NCBI GenBank assembly: GCA_032116115.1
Contig: JAUMAX010000020.1
Coordinates: 6,220-70,219, forward strand
Direction: 5' to 3'
Length of the DNA stretch: 64,000 nucleotides
Source of the DNA: Porphyrobacter sp.
GTDB lineage: Bacteria > Pseudomonadota > Alphaproteobacteria > Sphingomonadales > Sphingomonadaceae
Position 1 is the first letter of the stretch. Each line of letters starts with the position of its first letter. The translations under genes were made by a program, and so were the position numbers. Below are positions 1 through 7,537 of this stretch, in pieces. Below the pieces are notes generated by a model. That model made no database searches. It was not told where the DNA came from and saw nothing but the letters and a program-made list of their open reading frames with translations.

Positions 1-941
1 ATACGCGGCTTAAAACCATCGGTTTTGGTATGCTTGCTGTCCTGCTGGCATTTTATCTTCTATTCTTTGCCTTCCTCACGCAGAGGGCGCGCCGAATGAG
101 CCGGTTGATCGACGAACCGCTGTCAGAGATCTCGGAGCTTATCGATCATATATCCGATCGCAGCATAGAGCCGAGCTTCAGCGGGTCGAGTGTGCACGAA
201 ATGGACGAACTCGGACATCACCTGATCGCAACGCGCAAGAAGCTGCTCAATGCCGAGGATGAGGCGGGCATCCAGAGCCGTATTGCCCGCACCGCGTTGA
301 TTCAGTTGCGTGAAGCCAACAGCGAGATGTTCAGCTTCACCCAGTTGATGTCACACGAGATCCGCACCCCTCTTTCGATCATCGACGGAAGCGCCCAAAT
401 TATTCAACGAAAGGCAGACACTCTCAGCCCCGAAGACTTGCGCGATCGCGCCGCCCGACTGCGCAAAACGGTTGCAACCGTCGCCGATATGCTGACGAAA
501 TTGCTCACCCGCTTCCACGCAATCGTCATGGAGTCGCCGATCGAAAATGGTGAGATACAGCGAAACCTGTGCACAGAGATTCGCGCTCTTGCCGAAGCGA
601 TGTTCGTAAGCGAACGGCTGCACCTTACGATCCCGAATGAATGCCCTTCGACAATTGGCCAAATAGGCGCTCTCATCATGACTATTCAGGAGGTTTTTGA
701 ATATGTCGCCGAAAATTCACCGCCGGACAGTCCGATAGAGGTCGTCCTTCACTGCGATGCAGACACCATTGTGACAACAATTGCCAGTGAGGCCGCAGCA
801 GATGACGGGTACCGGCTGAAACGCGCACGCAGCTTCGCAGAGCGGCTCGGTGGCACCATCCAGATTGCGCCGCCTTCTTGTGCAAAGGCGATCAAGATTG
901 TGGTTCCAACCTGGGTTAGTTTTGTTAATGGACGCAAATGA
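1..941 (+). CDS. Membrane sensor histidine kinase, 5'-truncated by the window edge; HisKA intact, ATPase domain degenerate
   Basis: Frame is open upstream of the ATG at 30; hydrophobic TM segment, HAMP-like linker, H-box LMSHEIRTPLSIIDG; G1/G2 boxes not recognisable. Confidence 0.8.
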   Translation, partial: TRLKTIGFGMLAVLLAFYLLFFAFLTQRARRMSRLIDEPLSEISELIDHISDRSIEPSFSGSSVHEMDELGHHLIATRKKLLNAEDEAGIQSRIARTALIQLREANSEMFSFTQLMSHEIRTPLSIIDGSAQIIQRKADTLSPEDLRDRAARLRKTVATVADMLTKLLTRFHAIVMESPIENGEIQRNLCTEIRALAEAMFVSERLHLTIPNECPSTIGQIGALIMTIQEVFEYVAENSPPDSPIEVVLHCDADTIVTTIASEAAADDGYRLKRARSFAERLGGTIQIAPPSCAKAIKIVVPTWVSFVNGRK

Positions 942-1336
942 TCGCCGCCTCCCGCATCTTGCTCGTCGAAGATACCCTTGAGCTTAGGGAGGACCTCAAG
1001 TTTGTTCTGGAGGATAGCGGCTATACAGTTGTGGAGGCCGAAAGCGGCCAAGCTGCTTTGTCGGCGTTCAGGGAAGCGCGGCCGGATCTCGTTATCTGCG
1101 ATATCCAGTTGCCGGATACCGATGGTCTCTTTGTCCTAAAATCAATTCGTACATGCCAGAGTGGTTGCGATCAGATGCCGGTGATCGTCGTTTCCGCATT
1201 TTCAGACCCAAAATTGCGCCGCGAAGCAGAGGCTCTCGGTATCGACGGGTTCATACTCAAACCTGTAGATTATTCAGACCTTCTCAAGCTCATCAGCCAA
1301 AGTCTGCCTGACTCCGCTGCGATCTCGGAAACTTAG
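938..1336 (+). CDS. Single-domain response regulator (CheY-like receiver)
   Basis: LLVED, DLVICDIQLPDTDG phospho-Asp, VSA, LKP motifs; ATGA overlap with the kinase. Confidence 0.92.
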   Translation: MIAASRILLVEDTLELREDLKFVLEDSGYTVVEAESGQAALSAFREARPDLVICDIQLPDTDGLFVLKSIRTCQSGCDQMPVIVVSAFSDPKLRREAEALGIDGFILKPVDYSDLLKLISQSLPDSAAISET

Positions 1337-1346
1337 CCAGTCTGGA

Positions 1347-2138
1347 TTATTGCCCGCAAGCGCCGGCAAGCCGCATGTCGAGCAATTCTTCACGCCGATC
1401 CTTGGACAGCTCCGCGCCAAAGGCAACATCGATCTCGCTATAAACGCTGCAGACCTGAGCGGGATCCACATTACCAAGTGCGCGCAACGCCCGGGCCAAA
1501 GCGAACAAATTCTCTGCGCCCATGCCATCAGGTGGGCCGGCCTCGAATAGCTCGATGAAAATGTTGGCCGCCTGCCCTGCCTGGCCCTGCTCCAAGTAAA
1601 CAAGGCCAAGCCGATAGCGGGCTTCCTTGATCCGCTCATCGCCAGGACTGTTGGCGATGAAAGTCGTCAGCGCAAGTTCGGCGTTCGCCCATTCTTTCCG
1701 CTCCAGAAAGGCTCCCGCCTGTTCGAGGCGGTCGACTGGCAAGGGCACAGCTTGCTGCGTCGACGCAGGCGACTCGGCTGTCCCCGTCATGGTAACAGGG
1801 GCAAGCGGAGGCGCGGCGACGATTTCACCCGCCTTCGCATCGCTGCGAAGCCGGGCCAGTTCGTCCGCCAGCAAAGCGAGGCTGCGCTGATCCTCGTCCT
1901 GCCGCGATACCAGTTGCACGATGATGCGTTCCAACGAAGCAAGTCGGTCGTTCAGGCGCAGCATTTCGTCCCCAAGCGCAGTGTACCTAAGGTCTGCAGA
2001 TGCAACTGCCTGTGCCGAGACCCGATCAGTCACAGGATCAGCCGCTGCACCGGTCTGGGCAACCGCAACAATTGGCCAGAAGGTCACTCCCGAAACGGCG
2101 AGGCCAAGCGCCGCGAGGGCGTATCGGAAACCTCCCAT
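1347..2138 (-). CDS. YbgF/CpoB-like protein (signal peptide, coiled coil, TPR)
   Basis: Signal peptide ending AVA-Q, coiled-coil segment, TPR-like ARYRLGLVYLEQG and ENLFALARAL; last gene of a tol-pal-like cluster. Confidence 0.75.
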   Translation of the reverse strand: MGGFRYALAALGLAVSGVTFWPIVAVAQTGAAADPVTDRVSAQAVASADLRYTALGDEMLRLNDRLASLERIIVQLVSRQDEDQRSLALLADELARLRSDAKAGEIVAAPPLAPVTMTGTAESPASTQQAVPLPVDRLEQAGAFLERKEWANAELALTTFIANSPGDERIKEARYRLGLVYLEQGQAGQAANIFIELFEAGPPDGMGAENLFALARALRALGNVDPAQVCSVYSEIDVAFGAELSKDRREELLDMRLAGACGQ

Positions 2139-2140
2139 GA

Positions 2141-2797
2141 TCAGAATCTGAAGCCTACGCCGGCAGCTACGATCAGCGTACCCAGCCGCCGCGAATCGTT
2201 GGTGCGCGCTTCGCGCTCGATCAACACTTCCGTTTTGCGCGAGGTGTATTTAGCGTCGAGGTTCAGATAAATTCTATCATTGATCGCTATATCCGCGCCG
2301 ATCTGGGCCACGGGCGCAAAGCCGCTTGTCAACCGGACGCTGTAAGAAGCAAACGGGTCGGGTGCAGAATTGAGCAGCGCTACATCCGCCCCCTCCCCGT
2401 AGATATTGAGATGCGTGACGCCTGCACCGACGTACGGCCGAAGGACTTTGTCATCGCGGGCAAAGTGGTACTGCACGGTCGCGGTGGACATGAGCATATT
2501 TGCAGAGACAAGCTTTTCACCCGAAGGGGCGCGCAATTGGTAACCGGCGCTTCCGAGCGCAGCCTCAAACGCGAGGCGATTGGTGAGGAACATGGTCAGA
2601 CTGACTTCTGCTCCGACAGTGTCCTCGACGCCGGATTCGACCGCTTCACCCTCGTTGGGAAGTGTTAGCGTCAACCCGTCCAGCCGGTGATGATAGGTTC
2701 CCCTTGCCTTGATGAGAATATCACCAACTTCGGCATTGGCAGGTGCGCTCCCGAGCAGGGCCGCGATGGCGGCTGCAAGCATAGTCATTTCACGCAT
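2141..2797 (-). CDS. ompW: OmpW-family outer membrane beta-barrel
   Basis: SD AAGGAA before ATG 2797, signal ANA-E, RPYVGAG, GFAPVAQIGADI, LNLDAKY, C-terminal GFRF. Confidence 0.85.
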   Translation of the reverse strand: MREMTMLAAAIAALLGSAPANAEVGDILIKARGTYHHRLDGLTLTLPNEGEAVESGVEDTVGAEVSLTMFLTNRLAFEAALGSAGYQLRAPSGEKLVSANMLMSTATVQYHFARDDKVLRPYVGAGVTHLNIYGEGADVALLNSAPDPFASYSVRLTSGFAPVAQIGADIAINDRIYLNLDAKYTSRKTEVLIEREARTNDSRRLGTLIVAAGVGFRF

Positions 2798-2816
2798 TGG
2801 TAATTCCTTTTCTGTC

Positions 2817-3362
2817 TCACTGTCCGGCCACGCCCTTGAAGATCGTCTCTCCACGCCGGTTGCGGCGCTGGCTCTCCTGATCGAGAGCGGTGGCCACCGG
2901 CTTTTCCTTGCCAAACGAGGTTATCTGAATGCGCGCCGAGGCAACGCCGCGCGCTGCCAGATGGCGCCGCATTGCCGCAGCCCGCATTTCGCCTATCGCA
3001 AATTGCCGACCACGGTTGCCCAGCAGGTCTGCATGGCCCCGCAATGTGGCGGTGACGCGTGGATTCTGGAGCAGCCATTCAGCTTGCATGTCGAGCACGC
3101 CGCGCGCCGCGGCATCGAGCGTTACGCTGTCGCGATCAAAATAAATGATGGTCGATCCCGCAAAGGGCTCAGCTACCGGTTCCACGACCACAGGCGCAGG
3201 CTCGACCTGCTGGGCGCGCAGCGGCTCGGCAGGCAACCAGAACATTGGTGCAGGAGGCAGGTCCTGGGCCGGGCGTTGGCAGGAGCTCAGTCCCACACAA
3301 AACGCCATCAGAATGGAAGCCGACCGCCGTCCGAATGGGCGCCACAACCATATACTGTTCAT
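2817..3362 (-). CDS. Pal-like OmpA-domain lipoprotein (island paralog)
   Basis: Lipobox LSSC; IYFDRDS...GHAD...GEMRA...GV...SFGKEKP; ATGA overlap with the tolB-like stop. Confidence 0.85.
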   Translation of the reverse strand: MNSIWLWRPFGRRSASILMAFCVGLSSCQRPAQDLPPAPMFWLPAEPLRAQQVEPAPVVVEPVAEPFAGSTIIYFDRDSVTLDAAARGVLDMQAEWLLQNPRVTATLRGHADLLGNRGRQFAIGEMRAAAMRRHLAARGVASARIQITSFGKEKPVATALDQESQRRNRRGETIFKGVAGQ

Positions 3363-4672
3363 GGCAGAGTCTCCGACCAATGCGGCTCAGATCCGGCCAA
3401 GGGCAGAGCGATGCGGTATTGCACCCGCCCTGCGACATCTGTGACCCAGATCTCTGGCGGACTGCCGTTTTGGCTCACCCTCTGAAAGGAAACTGCCCTC
3501 CCGCTGGGAGCCCAGGACGGGTCTTCGTCATGCCCTCCTTCGGTGAGTATCCGTCTCTTGCTGCCGTCAGGCGCCATTACGCCGATCTGCTGCCCCTCGG
3601 AGGTCTGGGTGACGAAGGCGATCAGCGATCCGTCGGGGCTCCACACCGGAGAACCGTGCACTCCACCAAAACTGATCCGGCGCTGGTCACCGCCATCTAG
3701 CCGCATCACGTACAGCTGCGGTTGTCCGGAACGGTCGGATTCAAACACAATCGATTTTCCGTCAGGAGAATAGGACGGACTTGTGTCAATTCCCGTCATG
3801 TCGGTCAGGCGCTGCGATCGGCCGACAGCGAATTCATATTCGTAAATATCGGTGTTGCCGTCTTGCGACAAAGCCAACACTGCCCGACTTCCATCAGGAG
3901 AAAAGCGGGCCGCCGACGGCAGACCGGCGGGGAGCTGCAGCGATGTCCTGCGTCCGCTTTCCAGATCGAACAGGACAATGCGTGGCATGTCGCTCTGATA
4001 GGCGACGAACAGGGCCGAGCGGTTGTCGGGACTAAACTGCGGCATCGCGACGAGTTCGCCGTTGTTCAGAAGTTCGGTTGGGTTTGCCCCGTCGACATCG
4101 ACAGCGATGAGCCGGGTGGCCGGTTCTTCAGCGGCCGCGCCGGAAGAAACAAGCACGAACCGCGTATCGAAATGGCCTGAATATCCCGTCGCATGAGCAA
4201 AGACGAGATCGGCACACTTGTGAGCCGCCCTGCGCCATTGCCGCTGGGAGACACGAAATTCACGAGCGGTTTCGATGGTGCCGCTGAAAACATCGTAGAG
4301 CGCGCAAGAATAGACCAGCATACCGTCCGCAGCGCGCGCTGGCCGTCCGATGACAAGCGCTTGCGCGCCTTTGGCCGAAAATGCGCTAAGCAAGCTCTTG
4401 TCGTCGGCAACCGCCGCCGAAGGCGCATCGACGACACGGAAGAACGAACTGGTCGTCAGATCCGCGCGAATAACCGATGCAAGGGCGAGGCCAATATCCC
4501 CGCCCGTTCCAGCTTCGACCTGAATGTCGCTGGCAATAGTCGGGATTCCGATGGCAAGCGGAGCCATCACGCCTTCTTTTATGTCGACAAACAGACGATC
4601 CTGCGCAGCTGCCGGCGAGATGCAATTCGCCACAGTCAGCAGGGCAATAGACACGGCAAGATTCAGTCTCAT
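3359..4672 (-). CDS. tolB: TolB paralog (N-terminal domain plus PD40 beta-propeller)
   Basis: WRRAAHKCADLVF, repeated PxFSPDG/PSYSPDG/PSWAPSG, FESDRSG; colinear with the core TolB in this window. Confidence 0.9.
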   Translation of the reverse strand: MRLNLAVSIALLTVANCISPAAAQDRLFVDIKEGVMAPLAIGIPTIASDIQVEAGTGGDIGLALASVIRADLTTSSFFRVVDAPSAAVADDKSLLSAFSAKGAQALVIGRPARAADGMLVYSCALYDVFSGTIETAREFRVSQRQWRRAAHKCADLVFAHATGYSGHFDTRFVLVSSGAAAEEPATRLIAVDVDGANPTELLNNGELVAMPQFSPDNRSALFVAYQSDMPRIVLFDLESGRRTSLQLPAGLPSAARFSPDGSRAVLALSQDGNTDIYEYEFAVGRSQRLTDMTGIDTSPSYSPDGKSIVFESDRSGQPQLYVMRLDGGDQRRISFGGVHGSPVWSPDGSLIAFVTQTSEGQQIGVMAPDGSKRRILTEGGHDEDPSWAPSGRAVSFQRVSQNGSPPEIWVTDVAGRVQYRIALPLAGSEPHWSETLP

Positions 4673-5559
4673 CTCAGATCTCTCGAGTCGAATTCGACTT
4701 CGACGTCGGCCCAGGCCTCATAGAGTTCGGGCGGAAGCCGGAGCGGGGAGCACATCAAAACGGCACGACGTCCGCTGTTCGTGAGCAGATTGATGTATGC
4801 GGTGCTGACTTGGTTCTGGCCGGTTACGCCGCTCCGCACCGGTTGTCCGACGACACGGCCATCCCGATCCAAGCGAAACCTCAACCGCACACTGGTAGAA
4901 GCGAGACCATCAGCCGGTGGCGGGTTCCAGCACGGCATCACCTGTGCGCGAACCTTTTCGGCCAGATCGATCTTTTGCCGGAAAGTAAGCCCTTGAATGC
5001 CCTTGGGCGCCGCTTTGCCGACTGACGAACTGATGGTTGCTGAGTTGAGCCTTGACGGCTTAGCCTCGCTGCTCGCGAGATTGCGCAAGCCTGACAGGGC
5101 GGCCGCATCAAAGCGCGCTACGCGTCCGGCGCCCGGCTGCGGCTGCACGACGGGCGACGCGTTAGCAACTTGGGTAGGTTCTTCGGCCACAGGCGTAGGG
5201 GTCGGCGCAGGCGCAGCCGTAGGCTTCGGTACAGCCAAACGACTTTCGGACTCGGTATCAGATGGAACCGTCTTTGGCGTGACCTCCGGCTCCGGGCGAA
5301 CGGAAGCGGAGCGCATTGAGACAGTTTCGGGCTCCTCGGAGACAACATCGCGAGCCTGCGGCTGCGAGCGTGTAGCTGGCGGAGCATCGGCGATAACCGG
5401 GCGCGAGACGGGCATGGCGTGCGCAAGATCGATGATCTCGATCTCCATGCCTTTCTTCCGCGGTTCAGCCTCCTGGATTGCAAAGGTGACCCTGCCCAGC
5501 AAGAGGACGACGGCAATGTGCAGGATTACCGCTAACGCGTTAGAAACACGGTCGATCAC
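4669..5559 (-). CDS. TolA/TonB-like energy transducer (island paralog)
   Basis: N-terminal TM with His (AVILH), Pro/Thr/Glu-rich linker, C-terminal domain CWNPP...RFRLDRDG...W..VEVEFD. Confidence 0.8.
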   Translation of the reverse strand: MIDRVSNALAVILHIAVVLLLGRVTFAIQEAEPRKKGMEIEIIDLAHAMPVSRPVIADAPPATRSQPQARDVVSEEPETVSMRSASVRPEPEVTPKTVPSDTESESRLAVPKPTAAPAPTPTPVAEEPTQVANASPVVQPQPGAGRVARFDAAALSGLRNLASSEAKPSRLNSATISSSVGKAAPKGIQGLTFRQKIDLAEKVRAQVMPCWNPPPADGLASTSVRLRFRLDRDGRVVGQPVRSGVTGQNQVSTAYINLLTNSGRRAVLMCSPLRLPPELYEAWADVEVEFDSRDLR

Positions 5560-6020
5560 GGCAGGTCCGCGGAAGCCGGTTCGGCCGCCGGAACGGAAAC
5601 GAACGCAACCTTGGTAAAGCCAGCTTGCGCGATTCCTGAGACAACCTCCATCACGCTGCCATAGGCAAGCGACCGATCGGCGCGGACGAAAACCATCTGT
5701 TTGTCCGGGGCCTCGGATGCAAGCGCAAGCTGGGCGATGGCCTCCCCGAAAGCCTCTGGCGCCAAAAGCGTTCCGCCCAAGTATGTTTTCTGCTCGGCAT
5801 CGAGGATGACCTCAATCGGTTCTCCCCCGGCTGCGAGCGGGTTCGCGCGAACGTCGGGAAGGTCCACCTCTGTGCCGGAAACCAGCATTTGCCCGGTGAC
5901 CATGAAGATGATCAGCAACACCAGCATCACATCCACCATCGGGGTGACGTTGATTTCGGACAACAGATGGTCCTGCCGACGATGTCGGCGAGACCCGAGA
6001 AAATGCGATTTACCTGCCAT
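5556..6020 (-). CDS. tolR: TolR/ExbD paralog
   Basis: EINVTPMVDVMLVLLIIFMV with the essential Asp; VRADRSLAYGSVMEVV. Confidence 0.92.
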   Translation of the reverse strand: MAGKSHFLGSRRHRRQDHLLSEINVTPMVDVMLVLLIIFMVTGQMLVSGTEVDLPDVRANPLAAGGEPIEVILDAEQKTYLGGTLLAPEAFGEAIAQLALASEAPDKQMVFVRADRSLAYGSVMEVVSGIAQAGFTKVAFVSVPAAEPASADLP

Positions 6021-6049
6021 TGCCGCGCCCTAAGCCCTTCCCGCCAAGA

Positions 6050-6736
6050 TCAACGGATGATGCCGTACTGACGAGAAATGGCGACTTCGACGCGACCTGC
6101 GGTCGCACGCCACTCCTGATCGGTAGCTGCGAGCGCTTGCACGATCCGGTTGTAACCCATCGATGCCGGGATCGCGCAGAACAAGCCGACTGCGGTGGCA
6201 AACAGTGCTTCCGCCATCCCAGGCGCAACAACTGCAAGCGACGTATCCTGCGCCTGGCTGATGCCAATGAAGCTGTTCATGATACCCCAGACTGTGCCCA
6301 GCAGGCCAAAGAATGGAGCAGTATTGCCAATGGTAGCCAACCAGGTCGAATTGCCGGCAAGTTGCGCATATTCGCGCTCGATTGTTAGTTCCGATGCTGA
6401 CGCAAGACGATCCCGGATGTTCTCGTAGTCGCGGCTGGCGTGTTCAATGGACCACTTCCATTCCTGGGCCAGTGAGTGCAGGATCTCATGGACCCTGCCA
6501 TCGCCTGACACAGCAAGCTCTCGTAATTCTTCAATTGTCTCGACGGAACGAAGAAGCTTGCCGACGGTGCGGATCATTCGCCGCTCAATCGCGATCGCCA
6601 ATGTGCGGGCTATGATAACCGACCATGAATAGGCAGATGCCAGGACGAGGAGAATTATGACCGATTGAACGACCAGATCGGCTTCGAAGAAAATCTGTAA
6701 GGGCGTCATGCCGGATGAAATCCTTCCGATGGTCAT
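6050..6736 (-). CDS. tolQ: TolQ/ExbB paralog
   Basis: LATIGNTAPFFGLLGTVWGIMNSF and VAPGMAEALFATAVGL MotA/TolQ motifs. Confidence 0.93.
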   Translation of the reverse strand: MTIGRISSGMTPLQIFFEADLVVQSVIILLVLASAYSWSVIIARTLAIAIERRMIRTVGKLLRSVETIEELRELAVSGDGRVHEILHSLAQEWKWSIEHASRDYENIRDRLASASELTIEREYAQLAGNSTWLATIGNTAPFFGLLGTVWGIMNSFIGISQAQDTSLAVVAPGMAEALFATAVGLFCAIPASMGYNRIVQALAATDQEWRATAGRVEVAISRQYGIIR

Positions 6737-6782
6737 AGGCGATTACCTTCTGCCTGATGCCGAAGCGCAGAGACCCGAGATT

Positions 6783-7382
6783 TTAAAGAACGAGAGCGCG
6801 GAACAGGGTGGCGAGGTCAGGCACGCCGGTGACGGTGATCTTTTCGCGCTTCTGGAATGTCTCGACCGCCGTAGCGATGGACGTGCCCCATTGACCGTCG
6901 ATCGGTCCGGAATACATTCCGCGTTCCAACAGGCGCGATTGCAAGGCTTTGAGCGCCCCCTCGCGTATCGCCATCGTCCGGCCTTTGTGTTCAATAATGA
7001 CGATGGCCGTCGCGTTGCGCTGATGCATCGGAGAGGTTGCGCGAATGACCTCGTGGGCCGCAGCTTCAACGGTAATGGTCGGCTGATCGGCACAAATTGC
7101 CGACACTGCCTGCAAGAAAACTGCTCCATCAGGGAGCGGAAGGACATCAAAGGTTCCGTTTTCCACACGATTTCGTGCAGTCGCATATCCCATCAGCCAC
7201 GAACCATAATTGGCTGCATGTGTGCTGTCCGGGAATTCCGTGTTGAATGTCTCGCACGTGCGTGAACCGTAGCCTCGCAACGCAAAGCTTCCTTCCACAT
7301 CCGATGCAGCGGCGCCGTTATGAAAAAATGCGCTGGCTGCAAAGACTGCGGAGCCCGCCAGAAACTTTGAAAAGCTGTACAT
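6783..7382 (-). CDS. Secreted protein: HdeA/HdeB-like two-Cys N-terminal domain plus PG_binding_1 domain
   Basis: Signal ending AAA-S; GYGSRTC...YGSWLMGY...N...IC..QP; C-terminal LQSRL..RGMY.GPIDG.WG....AV..FQ.......TG..D. Confidence 0.75.
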   Translation of the reverse strand: MYSFSKFLAGSAVFAASAFFHNGAAASDVEGSFALRGYGSRTCETFNTEFPDSTHAANYGSWLMGYATARNRVENGTFDVLPLPDGAVFLQAVSAICADQPTITVEAAAHEVIRATSPMHQRNATAIVIIEHKGRTMAIREGALKALQSRLLERGMYSGPIDGQWGTSIATAVETFQKREKITVTGVPDLATLFRALVL

Positions 7383-7461
7383 GCTGTGATGCCTTTGCAG
7401 AAAAAGGTGCGAAACCCCGGGTCTGGTGAATGCGCTCACCGCGCCCGAGGTTTCCACTTGA

Positions 7462-7527
7462 GTGGTCCTGACCGGAGTCGCTAGATCAGGACCACATGCA
7501 GCCCACAGGCTCGGGGGGAACCTGTGG
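7462..7527 (-). terminator. Two tandem stem-loops just after the giant gene stop (attenuator or mRNA-stabilising hairpins)
   Basis: CCACAGG(7503-7509)/CCTGTGG(7521-7527) and GTGGTCCTGA(7462-7471)/TCAGGACCAC(7486-7495) are perfect inverted repeats; no strong U-tract. Confidence 0.55.
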
Positions 7528-7537
7528 AAGCAGCAAT

